From: Malacoraja senta
Lineage: Eukaryota
NCBI GenBank assembly: GCA_038087875.1
Contig: CM075977.1
Coordinates: 90,024,001 to 90,088,000 of the forward strand
DNA: 64,000 nt
Direction of reading: 5' to 3'
Positions 63,886-64,000 of the stretch are shown piece after piece. The notes below the pieces were generated by a model. The model ran no database searches. It saw only the letters and a program-made list of their open reading frames with translations, and had not been told where the DNA came from. Within the stretch, counting starts at the first letter, position 1. Each line of letters begins with the position of its first letter. A program made the translations under genes and the position numbers.

Positions 63886-64000
63886 GTAGAAAAGGGGGCT
63901 AAGAAATAGTTTCATACAATAAAAAACATTTTTGTGCAGTATTTTGAAACGTTTTTTTTTAATAGATGCAAGTTTATTTTTGATACTGCGAGCTAAAAAT

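Noticed and set aside
27222-64000. Further ZFHX4 exons or a nested protein-coding gene
   Set aside because: No ORF resembling the expected next ZFHX4 exon (zinc finger/homeodomain); the recognisable ORFs are TE-derived and the rest are short and uninformative.

Overview
Vertebrate genomic DNA. The repeat families (HE1/V-type tRNA-SINEs, HER1/CR1 LINEs, abundant Penelope-derived fold-back elements) point to a cartilaginous fish, most likely a skate or ray; this is inferred, not searched. The window holds the 5' part of ZFHX4 on the + strand. A CpG-rich, gap-interrupted putative promoter/first-exon region lies at ~2.3-4.4 kb. It is followed by ~20 kb that is almost free of transposons and rich in CNE-like motif clusters, then the giant first coding exon (22683-25309, ATG 22729), a 503-nt second coding exon (26719-27221), and a long intron that runs off the end of the window. 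From ~29.7 kb the intron is dense with mobile elements: CR1, young L2, RTE, Rex/Babar-like LINEs, V-SINEs, PIF/Harbinger and hAT MITEs, and a Penelope-like (GIY-YIG) element with many mini fold-back derivatives carrying a minimal hammerhead-ribozyme core. I cannot demonstrate a wholly new biological system. The best leads are: (i) three uAUGs packed in the 30 nt before the ZFHX4 start; (ii) the Penelope fold-back/hammerhead family in ZFHX4 introns; (iii) a minus-strand exon-like segment at the promoter (antisense RNA or mis-oriented exon 1); (iv) an internally deleted RTE that keeps a fused mini-ORF; (v) an unexplained direct-repeat-flanked degenerate G-rich array at 59.25-60.58 kb. Repeat boundaries were read by eye and are approximate unless a TSD is quoted.
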